A DNA stretch of 64,000 nt from Leptolyngbyaceae cyanobacterium (lineage in GTDB: Bacteria; Cyanobacteriota; Cyanobacteriia; Phormidesmidales; Phormidesmidaceae), in the NCBI GenBank assembly GCA_965263355.1, contig CBDHHL010000025.1, positions 1-64,000 of the forward strand, read 5' to 3'. The position numbers and the translations under genes were made by a program. The notes below the pieces were generated by a model. That model saw only the letters and a list, made by a program, of their open reading frames with translations. It was not told the DNA's origin and ran no database searches. Of the stretch, positions 33,101 to 42,600 are shown piece by piece (position 1 is the first letter of the stretch; every line of letters begins with the position of its first letter).

Positions 33101-36100
33101 CTTGGGCTAACACAGCAAGATTTTGACTACAGGCGAAGGCATTGGCACAAAATGAGTAAGCACCATATCCTACCCACTCATAGTTACCCACCTCTAGGGC
33201 AGCCCCATAGCCTTGTCTCAGCAGTGGTAAGGTTTCTCGAATATATGATTTTCGATGTAATGTGTATAGCCCAGACATAATAAACACATGGGGCTTTACC
33301 GATTTTGCATCGAGATCATCCACTAACTGTAGCGCCAACTGCCCAAATGCGTCCCCCGTATCTACGGCCTGGAAATAATGACAGAGTATATAACTATAGT
33401 TGATATATATAAAGGCAGAGGCTGGGATATTCCCAAATTGAATGGATAATTTGGTCGCCAGAGCAACCCATAGTGGAAAGAAAGGAGAGCCTGAAATATA
33501 GGCAGCCGGGATAACACTACTGATCACTCGAATAATGGCAATCACTGTCTCATCCGTCATCATTGGCAAACAAGATAGCTGTGATATCTCTCTGTCACTA
33601 ATCAGTTGCTCAATCTCTAAAACTAATTGCCAAGTACCCTCTTGGGTGGGAGATTCGGGTAGAAAAATTCCCAAGCGTTGTAGGAGCTGCTGAGTGGTTG
33701 TAATCGCCTCTGCTAAATTCGTTTGGGCAACATCTATCTGAATTTTAAGGCAATATATATTAATTTGGTCGAGCAATGACCGAGTCTGTTGGATAATGGT
33801 TTCACTGTACTGTTGACTACTATTGAAGTCACCACAGAGAAATGCTAGCTCAGCCGCTAATTCATAGAGTTGTAAACTTGTCTCATACTGACACTGCCAA
33901 GCAGTATCTCCAAGTAAAGAGATGCCCACCCTCACGTATTCAAGACCTGCTTGATATGCGGTTGACTTTCTAGCTTTTTGAGCAGCCTTAAGGTTTAACT
34001 GGGCAATGTTCTCTCGACTTGATTGGGATGTAATAAACTCAACGCCATAGTTTAAATGACTCACTAATTCAAAAATGCGATCTTCCTCGGTATCTTGGGA
34101 AATTCTCTGAATTAGTAGCTGGCCAATAGTATAATGTACCTGTGTTCTTTGGTTTTCAGGAATTAAACGATAGGCAGCTTGTTGAACACGGTCATGGAGA
34201 AAACGATACTGTACTGTAGTTGTTTTTAGGTCAATGACTCGAATGTCATCTTGAAAAAACTTATATGCATTATCAATGGGCAATAAGATACCTTCTTGCA
34301 GAGCATCCCAAAGATATTTCGTAATAGTCTGTTGAGGCTTTTGACAGATAATGGATAATGTTTCTAGGTCAAATCGATATCCAATACATGCTCCTAATTT
34401 CAATATATCCTGAATATCTCGTGATAACTGATGTAAGCGACTAGTAATAAATTCAACAACATCATCCGAAATAACAGATTGGTAAATCTCTTCCAGATTA
34501 GATTCCCAATACCTCAAATTAGTATTGAATGTAATCAGCCCCTCCTCATACAGCCCTTGTAGTAACTGGCGGATAAAAAATGGATTTCCGTTAGTCTTTT
34601 GATGAATTAGTTGGGCTAAAGAATAGGCATAATCCTGACTACAGTTTAGAGTCTCTGCAACTAATTGATTAATGCAATCAAATTCTATTGCGCCAAGAGT
34701 CAGAGTCGAAACAGCTGGACTATTTTTTAGTTCAGCTAAACTCAGCATTAAGGGATGGGATGCAGTAACCTCATTATTTCGATAGGCTCCTAGCATTAAT
34801 AAACACCCTGTATGGGCTTTATCCATTAACAACGTCAATAGGTTTAAAGAAGCGGAATCAATCCATTGCAGATCATCGAGAAAGATAACTAAGGGATGGT
34901 CTGGGGTGGCAAATACCTGGATAAACTTGCTAAACAATAGATTAAACCGATTCTGAGCCGCCGTTCCTGACAAGTCTGGAACGGCAGGTTGTGGTCCAAT
35001 AATCTGTTCTAACTCTGGAATAACCTCAATCAACATCTGGCCAGTTTCTCCAACGGCTGCCAGAATTTTTGTTTTCCAGTCCGCTAAGGCTGCATCCGAT
35101 TCCCCCAATAACTGTCCCATCAAACTACGGAATGCCTGGACAAATGCGGAGAAGGGAACAGTCCGATTAAGCTGGTCAAACTTTCCTTTGATAAAGTAAC
35201 CTTTTTGCCGGGTAATGGGTCTGTGGACTTCATTTACCACAGCTGTTTTGCCAATACCCGAGAAACCGGTTACCAGCATTAGCTCTGACCTGCCCTGAGA
35301 AACTCGCTCAAAGGCATCCAGTAACATTTGAACTGCTGCATCCCGTCCGTAGAGTTTTTCAGGAATTAAAAAGCGATCGCACCGATCCTCCTGCCCCAGC
35401 TCAAACGATTCAATCCGCCTAGATGCCTCCCACTGGTTCAAACATTGCTGTAAATCATGCTTTAGCCCCAACGCACTCTGGTAACGATCCTCGGCATTCT
35501 TCGCCATCAGCTTGAGGACGATATCAGAGAGGGGTTTAGGGATAGGGGGGGGATGGGGGGATGGAGAATTCTGCTTTCCGTCTGCCGTCTGCCGCCTTTT
35601 ATCAATCTCACACGGTGGCACAGGAACCTTCGCAAGGTGGCAATGGACGAGGTCCATGGGGTCATCGCTTTGAAAGGGGAGTTCACCTGTTAGCAATTCA
35701 TAGAGGACGACTCCGAGACTATAAAAATCCGCTCGATAGTCAATGCTCCGGTTCATGCGCCCAGTTTGCTCCGGAGCAATATAGGCCAGGTTACCTTCCA
35801 AGACATGGGGACTTTGCAACTCCTGGCATTCCTTAGGCAGCAACGAGGCCAAACTAAAGTCCGTCAGCCAGATTTGATCGGTTTCAGGGTCAATCAGAAT
35901 ATTGGCTGGATTGATATCCTTGTGTAGTACTTGATGCTGACTCAGATGGTGGAGGTTATCCGCCATTTGGAGGGCAATGGCCATCACTTGCTCTATGGTA
36001 AGGCGGTCGTAGGTCCGCATGTATTCCCATAGAGCGATTCCACTCACATCCTCCATCACCAGGGCATAGCTATGGTTCCAGAAGACCAAGGCCAAGGGGG

Positions 36101-36338
36101 TGACAATACCGGGACAGGCCAGTTTTTTGGCAATGATGTACTGATTGCGAAAGCGAACTAATTCGTTGATGGAGGGGGAAGGCGATCGCAATATCTTAAT
36201 CACTAATGGCTTAGCCTGCTTTCCTTCTCCAGCTAAGGCTCGATAAACCGCTGTGCGACTGCCTACATAGATCGGTTCAGTCAGGGTATAGCCTGGGATA
36301 GATGGTAGGCGTCGATTCAAGGAATTAGACATAGCCAT
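27156..36338 (-). CDS. Ser/Thr kinase - AAA ATPase - multi GAF/PAS - histidine kinase (HstK-like), 3060 aa
   Basis: HKDINPAN, YIAPEQTGR, GFSGIGKT, IFLDD, several GAF and PAS/PAC modules, SISHDLRAPL. Confidence 0.95.
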   Translation of the reverse strand: MAMSNSLNRRLPSIPGYTLTEPIYVGSRTAVYRALAGEGKQAKPLVIKILRSPSPSINELVRFRNQYIIAKKLACPGIVTPLALVFWNHSYALVMEDVSGIALWEYMRTYDRLTIEQVMAIALQMADNLHHLSQHQVLHKDINPANILIDPETDQIWLTDFSLASLLPKECQELQSPHVLEGNLAYIAPEQTGRMNRSIDYRADFYSLGVVLYELLTGELPFQSDDPMDLVHCHLAKVPVPPCEIDKRRQTADGKQNSPSPHPPPIPKPLSDIVLKLMAKNAEDRYQSALGLKHDLQQCLNQWEASRRIESFELGQEDRCDRFLIPEKLYGRDAAVQMLLDAFERVSQGRSELMLVTGFSGIGKTAVVNEVHRPITRQKGYFIKGKFDQLNRTVPFSAFVQAFRSLMGQLLGESDAALADWKTKILAAVGETGQMLIEVIPELEQIIGPQPAVPDLSGTAAQNRFNLLFSKFIQVFATPDHPLVIFLDDLQWIDSASLNLLTLLMDKAHTGCLLMLGAYRNNEVTASHPLMLSLAELKNSPAVSTLTLGAIEFDCINQLVAETLNCSQDYAYSLAQLIHQKTNGNPFFIRQLLQGLYEEGLITFNTNLRYWESNLEEIYQSVISDDVVEFITSRLHQLSRDIQDILKLGACIGYRFDLETLSIICQKPQQTITKYLWDALQEGILLPIDNAYKFFQDDIRVIDLKTTTVQYRFLHDRVQQAAYRLIPENQRTQVHYTIGQLLIQRISQDTEEDRIFELVSHLNYGVEFITSQSSRENIAQLNLKAAQKARKSTAYQAGLEYVRVGISLLGDTAWQCQYETSLQLYELAAELAFLCGDFNSSQQYSETIIQQTRSLLDQINIYCLKIQIDVAQTNLAEAITTTQQLLQRLGIFLPESPTQEGTWQLVLEIEQLISDREISQLSCLPMMTDETVIAIIRVISSVIPAAYISGSPFFPLWVALATKLSIQFGNIPASAFIYINYSYILCHYFQAVDTGDAFGQLALQLVDDLDAKSVKPHVFIMSGLYTLHRKSYIRETLPLLRQGYGAALEVGNYEWVGYGAYSFCANAFACSQNLAVLAQEIQTYCNGVTQLNQITSANWCQIYWQSALNLMGQSKNPATLSGELFQEEDFFAGITANQDFLGLFYFHLYKIILCYLFGDNSSARTHAVDARNYLIVGGGTVGMPIFYYYDALSALKELVTLEPDSQDYRDLLQQVNENQKQLQHDWANHAPMNYQHKVDLIAAEKSHLMGQRAEAIDQYDQAISSAKENQYCLEEALANELTAKFYLDWGKQKIAAVYMQDAYCCYDRWGAKAKTDDLEQRYSQLLQPILDQRRGSDPLEALASVANPNLPGHALSSSLFSDISSNTHLDFSTVLKSAQLLSEKIQLDELLAQLVKLMLQNSGADRLAIVFPGDDGSWQVRAKATPETTKLLAEPLTEYSNLPIQLIQYVKNTQDIVVIDNLDTELPIIDAYLQQQQPKSVLCLPLLHQGNLTGLLYLQNQSIAGVFSRDRITILNLLSTQAAISLEHAQLYEQSQTNAQQLEHSLSQLQVHETRFRNMAANIPGIIYQLRIAPDGVTSVLYVSPDCDTLYGVTAEAIMAGQYRFRDFVHQEDRPTIEQSVAESAQLLQPFDQTFRIVTHSGELKWIQAISRPSQQLDGAIIWDGVLMDVSDRKATEQALVLKQNHLEALLNNIPHIAWVKDSEGRFIAVNKALAQLLNCNPADMLGKTDYDFSPIEIACGYQDDDFHVLTSGQRKVVEERVRRGDGSWRWLETTKTPFRDAQGRLAGTVGIAADITDRKQAEQLLTDYNHELEQQVEERTQALQKSELALQTLVAGTAATTGEDFFSALVHHISAALDVPIALVTQFVDQELQSLAFIVDGKLQPNFTYNLPDTPCRDLLVDYSYHCPSDLSKHFPNHPHRARGVDSYLGVALRNRQGQVLGSLCIFDRQPLQELERARQILNVFGSRAATELERQRTEKALENLIAGTAITTRSNFFPVLVRYLTEALGVSHALMAERVGNEEIVLAYFGDGQLLPVQSFSFLNTPCEEVYERGVYYCNLEPGQTTCAELNKMKSRSYLGIALNDRQGNVIGLLSIFHRKVLPDPIRAEQIMRVFAARAATELERQRTENALQNLIEGTAALTGPAFFPALVQHIATALGASHAFVTEVVEDGSRLHFLAAWADGHHLPNDTVNAEGTTCLLALEQGTYYCERDVITRFPENPRLAPMGVESYMGVALKNQVGQAIGTLCIFLRQPIADPEHATQILQVFAARASAELERQRAKQAMEQLNCELERRVRDRTAQLTASEERLQTLFNQAADAVFLMSEQGFIDCNQAAVDLLQYPSKTELLALQPHQISPERQPDGQLSAVKAQCLTQEALQRCSLRFEWVHQRADKALFWAEITLTPIRYQEEIIFHCMARDISDRKQLEQEQFQLIAVLEATPDFIGIANAQGEILWQNKPLREIRQDLGNPEDHRLIENCYPDWVNKIIRDEALPTAIQQGSWSGELALLDREGTEIPVSQVIIAHKSTSGEMENFSTIMRDIRTIKRTEAALKLSKARAQATFTQAAVGFVEVDIKTKKCVRVNNCFCDMLGYTGAELAEMAVKEITHPEDIPASVEAMRQLHKGEIDNFNLEKRYIRKDGSTFWAETTCYMIQPHGGEAIYSVALIQDISEKKQLEAERQRTAGALQLSEARANAAFEQAAVGIAESNMTDGKITRTNNYFCQMTGYTTQELESLTATDLTHPEDLSDSQHKVKELYTGKIDSFTIEKRYLRKDGSSFWATTAVTLIQNPAEDSPRCLAVIQDISDRKQADTQLRQTLTQLEASNNELESFAYSISHDLRAPLRAINGFSQALLEDYGHLFNEAGQDYFARILANTNRMSQLIDDLLQLSRLSRSELRYTTVNLSSIAQEVLRDLQVSEPDERQVEIIVQSGATVVADTALMQVVMMNLLQNAWKFTSHHPTARIEFGVLPSDSSTSSAPIYFVKDDGAGFDMAYSHKLFGVFQRLHSVSEFPGTGIGLASVRRAIHRHGGQVWIEAAVEQGTTVFFTIPMLP
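27175..27911. repeat. Direct repeat copy 2 (~737 bp) encoding the HisKA-HATPase module
   Basis: Matches 20739..21475; translated kinase cores are identical in the ORF track. Confidence 0.95.
28696..29420. repeat. Diverged PAS-PAS module repeat shared with 37906..38630
   Basis: Colinear at offset 9210; ASEERLQTLFNQAADAVFL vs ASEDRLQTLFDQAADAVFL through ENFSTIMRDI. Confidence 0.85.
35537..35600. repeat. Short heptamer-type tandem repeats inside the kinase CDS
   Basis: Minus strand GGCGGCAGACGGCAGACGG then CCATCCCCCCATCCCCCCCCTATCCC; absent from the two paralogues. Confidence 0.6.
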
Positions 36339-36623
36339 GGGGCATTAAGCAGTGCTTTGGAACAATCAACAAGGCTGACTAGCTGGAACCAGACTGGTAA
36401 GTAAGTCACAAGCATACCTGTGTCTGCCACTGCTATGGCTACTTAAGCCACGGCTAACTCAAAACCAGCAATTTTGGCTTAACGGAACCGCTTATTTTGA
36501 ATAAGGCCTGCTATTACCTGGACCTTCTGGGGAACATGGTTTCCTCTGGTTGATTTCAGGGATGACTTACACCTTGCTGCATTGTTGAATATTTTATTAT
36601 TGCTCACAAAGTAGGACAGACTG

Positions 36624-39600
36624 TCATTGTTGCTGCAGGGGTAGGCGAATGCAAAATTCAGTGCCCTGACCAATTTCAGATTGCACATCCAAACGACCCC
36701 CATGGGTATCCACTACGATTTGATGGGCGATCGCAAGTCCTAACCCAGTCCCTTTACCAACATCTTTAGTCGTAAATAAAGAGTCAAATACCTTGGATCT
36801 AAGGGCTTCAGGAATGCCAGGCCCGTTATCAGCTATGGCAATCATTATCTGTTGATTATCCACCTCAGTCCGAATTGTAATGCATGGGGAAAAGGCGTCT
36901 AGGTCGGCAAAGCTAAGCGTTTGACTGGTTTCGTCTAAGGCATCAATGGCATTGGCCAGAATATTCATAAACACCTGGTTTAGCTGCCCTGGGAAACAAG
37001 TAATTTCAGGAATATCACCATAGTCCTTGACTACTTCAATGGCGGGCCGCTGCTCATTTGCTTTGAGACGATGTCGTAAAATTAATACTGTACTTTCCAA
37101 CCCCTTATGCAGGTCAAAAACCTGTCGAGTTTCAGTATCAGCCCGAGAGAAGGTGCGTAGGCTCCTGCTGATGCTGACAATGCGCTTTCCACTGTCCTTC
37201 ATGGCCTGAATCAACTGGGGCAGATCATCTCGCACATAGGTTAGATCAATAGCATCTAATTCGTTTTCAATGTCAGGACCAGGGTTAGGAAACTGTTGGG
37301 CATAGAGATCCAGTAACCCTAATAAATCACTAAAGTAATCCTGAGCTGCAGCTACATTGCCAACAATGCAACCGACCGGATTATTAATCTCATGGGCTAT
37401 ACCTGTTACTAAACCACCCAAGGCCGACATCTTTTCACTTTTTACCAGCTGCAATTGGCTTTGTTGTAGCTGGGTTAGGGCCATTTTCAATGCCTGATTT
37501 TTTTTATGGATCTGCGCTTCAGCTTGTTTGCGATCGCGAATATCTCTGACAATTTTAGAGGCTCCGATCACATTCCCATGGCTATCGATTAATGGAGAAA
37601 TAGTGACTGAAATATCAATGGGCGACCCATCCTTGTGAAGTCGAATGGTTTCAAAATGCTTGACTCGTTTTTTATTTTTAATACGTGCAATAATTTGGGC
37701 TTCTTCCTGGAGTCGATCGGCTGGGAAAAGCATTGTAATGGGCTGTCCCATGGCCTCTGCTTCTGTATAGCCGAATAAATCAACGGCAGCATGATTCCAA
37801 CTGGTGATGATACTATCTAGGTTTTTGGTAATAATTGCGTCATCCGATGATTCAACCACCGATGCTAATAAACGAGAGTTCGCCTCAGCCTGTTTGCGAT
37901 CGCTAATATCGCGCATAATTGTCGAGAAATTCTCAACGGCACCTGACCCATCCTTGTGGGCAATGATCACTTGTGAGACAGGAATTTCACGGCCTGCTTC
38001 ATCCAATAGGACTAATTCTCCTGACCAGCTGCCATTTTGAACAGCACTAGGCAAGGCTTCATTAACAATGATTTCATTCACCCAATCTGGATGACAGTCA
38101 GAAATTAAGTGGTGCTCATCAGACTCAACTAAATCTTTACGTAGATTCCGAAGGGGTTTGTTGTGCCATAGGATTTCACCTTGGGTAGTAGCGACCCCGA
38201 TAAAGTCAGGGGTGGCTTCAAGCACAGCGGTTAATCTTGCCTGTTCTTTTTCTAGCTTTTTGCGATCGCTAATGTCTCTAGCTATACAATGAAAAATGAT
38301 TTTCCCCTGATATTTAATCGGGGTTAGGGTAATCTCTGCCCAAAAATCTTCTCCATTATGGCATTGGCAAACCCACTTAAATCGGAAACTACACCGTTGC
38401 GACGCTTCCAACAACATAAATTCAATCTTAACTGCAGAAAGTTGGCCATCTGGCTGTCTTTCAGGCGAAAATTGATGGATCTGAAGAGCTAATAGCGCTG
38501 CTTTGTTGGGGTAACGAAAAAGACTAACCGCAGCTTGATTACAATCAATAATTTTTTGTTCTCTTAGTAAAAAAACTGCATCCGCAGCCTGATCGAAGAG
38601 GGTTTGAAGACGATCTTCAGAGGCGGCTAATTGATCGGCTCTACGTTTTTCTAGCTGATAAAGACGAGCGTTCTCCAGGGAAATTGCAGTTTGGGTACAT
38701 AGGAAATTGAGTATAGTGATGCGATCGCTTGTGAATACGCCATCTGTTAGTCTATTACTGAGATACAAAATGCCAACCAGGTGCCCCTGATTAAACAGTG
38801 GTAAGCATAACAAACTCTTGGGCTGATGCTCCATAAGATAGTCATCAAGTATGGGCAAGTCTGTTTCTAAGTTGTCGATAACAACAACTTTCTGGGTGTT
38901 TTTAACATATTGAATCAGTTTGACCGGAATGTTGGGATTGTTTGTCAGGGGTTCTGTGTAGAGCTGGGTTTTGTCCGATGTTGCTACGGCTCGGACCTGC
39001 CAAACTCCTGTTTCATCGGGAAGTATCAGAGCACAGTGGTCCCCCCCCGAGTTTTGCAAAATAATCTGGGTAAGTTGATACAGCAGCTCATCCAACTTAA
39101 TGGCGCTGGAAAGGGCTTGGGATGCTTTTAGAATGCTGGCAAAATCAAACGCCTGATTGAGGTTTGCCCTGTTAGCTGCTTTGTGATGGGTGCTGAAATG
39201 AGCTGATATTGTCGATTTAGAAAGTCTTGTCAAGGTGTTGAGTACGTCAACTGACGGTGTTGTTAGTTGTTGTAAAATAGGGCGTAGTAGCTTTGGATAG
39301 CGGCTTTCCAGATCAGCAACTTTAGCACTGGCTCCCCAACGAGAATAACAATAGTAAGCCTCTTGCATGTAGACGGCTGCAATTTTCTCCTTGCCCCAAT
39401 CCAGATAAAATCTAGCAGCCAGTTCGTTAGCCATGGCTTCTTCCTGGATGTAACCATTGACCTTAGCACCTGAAATAGCAGAATCATACACATCAATGGC
39501 GGCAGCCATCTCTCCTAAACAATGATACTGTTCTGCCAAAACTAAGTCATATTTATGTTGAAAGTTCATGGGTGCATGGTCTGCCCAATGCTTTATTTTT

Positions 39601-42600
39601 ACCTGATTCTCAGAAATTTTTGCCAATATAGAGTTCTGCTCTGAGTTTGAAACGGTTGCATATTGCGCTAATCTTGCCAGAGAATCATAAAAGTAAAGAA
39701 GGGGACCGGTTGCCTGGGCCGTACTCCCTGCTAAATGCTTAGCAGCTTCAGTTGCATAGCCCACAGAGTCATTCCATTCACCAAACCAGTAGCAAAGCAT
39801 CGCTTTGTGCAAGTATAGGCAAAATAATCCTAAAACGTTGCTGGACCTATGATACAGAGGCAACATTGTCTCTTCATTAAAGGCATTACCTACGAGCTGA
39901 TAAGGATTTTGAGAATTGCCTGTCAAATTTAAAATTACTTGGTGTATAAGTTCATTGTTGTTAAAGTGTAATTCTTGCTTAATCTCGCGAATCTGTTGAC
40001 TATAGGTTGCGACTTTATGGGCTAATTCCTGCAGCTGTTCACCTACAATGTAAGACGATTGACTTTCGTAGTAATGGCTCAGGGCAGCACCATCTAAATT
40101 GCCGGACTCTAACCCATTTAGATAGGCTGTTTTCAACAGGGGAATACTCTCCTTGAGGTGAACTTTCCAGGGTAAGGTAAGAGCCCCAACCATCAATAAC
40201 ACACGAGTACTAATGGCTTTGTTATTAAATTTCTCCGATAGTTTTAGGGCTAGACATCCAAACTCGTACCCCAACTCAATATCATTGACTTTACTACATA
40301 GTAAAAAGCTATAGCGGGCATACGCTCCAGCAGACACAGGAGTATTTCCATGTAAGAGTGATAGCTTAACTTGGGCAAGGACAATGAGTGGAAATAGCTG
40401 TGGTTGCGTCAAATATACGGTCGCTGCCATACTATTAAGAATTCGTAGTGCAGCTAATGCATAATCATCTGTCATGGATGGCAGATCGAGTAAAGATTGA
40501 ATCTTTGTTTGAAGAATAAGATCGCCAACGTCTGTCCAGAACTTTTCAATATCATCCTGGGTGGGTGGATTTGGAATTGAAATACCTAGTTTTTCTAGGG
40601 TCTGTAGCCCCAACTCAGTCGCTTCTAAGGTTTTTTTCTGTGCCGTACACGCTAACAGATTGATTTCATGCACTTTGACCTCATCTAAAATAGCCTTTGC
40701 ATGATGTAGTAATATCTTGGCCCAATGCTGTGATTTGGCAAAATCGCCCTTGAGATATGCTAACTCAGCGACCAATTCATAAAGTGCCAGCGTGAGGCTG
40801 TACTGATTTGACCAACTATCTGAGGAGAGTAGATCGATAGCGGTGGTAGCGTACTGATGGGCGGCCTCATAGGCGATCGCCCCCTTTGCCTTATAGGCCG
40901 CCTTGAAATTGAGCTGGCGTAGCTGAGTCTGCTTATAGGCGTCCGTAACCAGTGCTGCCCCTATATTCCAGTGATTTACAATATTGAAGAGTTTATTGTC
41001 AAGTTCTACCTCTGAAACACTGTCGAGGAGTAATTGTCCAATCTTTAGATGAGTAATTTGTTTCTGGGTATCTGGAATCAAACAGTAAGCGGCTTGTTGA
41101 ACACGGTCATGTAAGAATTGATAGGTGGGATTAACAGTTCTTTGCCAATTATCGTCTTCTGACTGAAAGAATTTATAGATTTGGCTTGTGGGTAACACGA
41201 AACCTTCTTGTAATGCTTGCCATAAAAATTGAGCAGTATTATCAGAAGATTCTTCCAACACAATTGCTAACGTGTTCAAATCAAATTGGTTGCCGATGCA
41301 AGCGGCTAACTTTAGTACTTGTTGTGTCTCAACTGACAGTTTCCGTAACTGCACAACCATAAACTCCACCACATCATCTGTGAGGGCCATGGCCTTGATT
41401 TGGGTAATATCACACGCCCAGTAGCGCTGCTCAAGATCAAAGCTAAGTAGCCCATCTTCGTGCAATGCTTTGAGAAACTGTGTTGTGAAAAAAGGATTGC
41501 CTTTGGTTTTACGGTTGACCAATTCGGTTAGGGGTTGGGCAAGCTTTGTTGAACAATTCAACGTATCGGCAATTAAATGATTAGTATCTTCAAATGATAA
41601 CGGTGTTAGGGTAATCGTATTAACAATAGATTGAGCTTGTTTAAGTTCCCCTAGGGTCAGAGTTAAGGGGTGAGTAGAGGAGACTTCATTATCTCGATAC
41701 GCGCCTATTAATAGCAAATAGCGATTGTTTTCTGCCAGCAGTTTAATTAACTGCAAAGACGTTGAATCGGCCCATTGCAAATCGTCTAAAAAAATCACCA
41801 ATGGGTGTTCTGCAATCGAAAAGAGTTCAATAAAATTTTGAAACAACCGATTAAAACGATTTTGAGCAGCGCTACCTGAGAGTTCAATCACAGAAGGTTG
41901 ATTGCCAATAATCTGGGCCAGTTCTGGAATAACGTCGACTAGCACCTTGCCGTTTTCACCTACCGCATCCAAAATACGGGTTTTCCAAGTCTTCAGTTGG
42001 GCATCAGATTCTGACAGTAGCTGACCCATTAAATCCCGCAAGGCTTGCAAAAAGGCTGATAGCGGAATATTTCGATTAAATTGGTCAAATTTACCTTTGA
42101 TGAAGTATCCTTTCTGCCGGGTAATCGGCTTATGTACTTCGTTTACCACGGCAGTTTTACCAATTCCTGAAAAACCGGTTACCAGCATTAGCTCCGAGGA
42201 ACTTTGGGCAACTCGGTCAAAGGCATTTAGCAAAACTTTAACTTCCGTTTCCCGACCATAGAGTTTTTCGGGAATGAGGAAGCGATCGCTTAAATCTTGC
42301 TGTCCTAAACTAAATTCAGCAATTTCTCCTTGTTGTTGCCACTGAGTTAGACACCGCTCAAAATCATATTTAAGGCCAAAGGCACTTTGGTAGCGGTCTT
42401 CTGCATTTTTGGCCATCAGTTTGGCAATGATCGCTGTCACCATTGCTGGTACATCCGGATTGATCTGATCCACAGCAGCTGGCAGCTGGGCCATGTGACA
42501 ATGGATCAATTCCAGCGGGTCTTTACTGGTGAAGGGAAGTTGACCGGTAAGTAGTTGATACAGTGTTACACCGAGGGAATAAAAGTCCGTTCGATAGTCA

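Noticed and set aside
13873..36338. Phytochrome or cyanobacteriochrome identity, suggested by the HDLRAP kinases and Rcp1-like receiver
   Set aside because: No bilin-binding GAF signatures (DIP, DXCF, CH) were seen.
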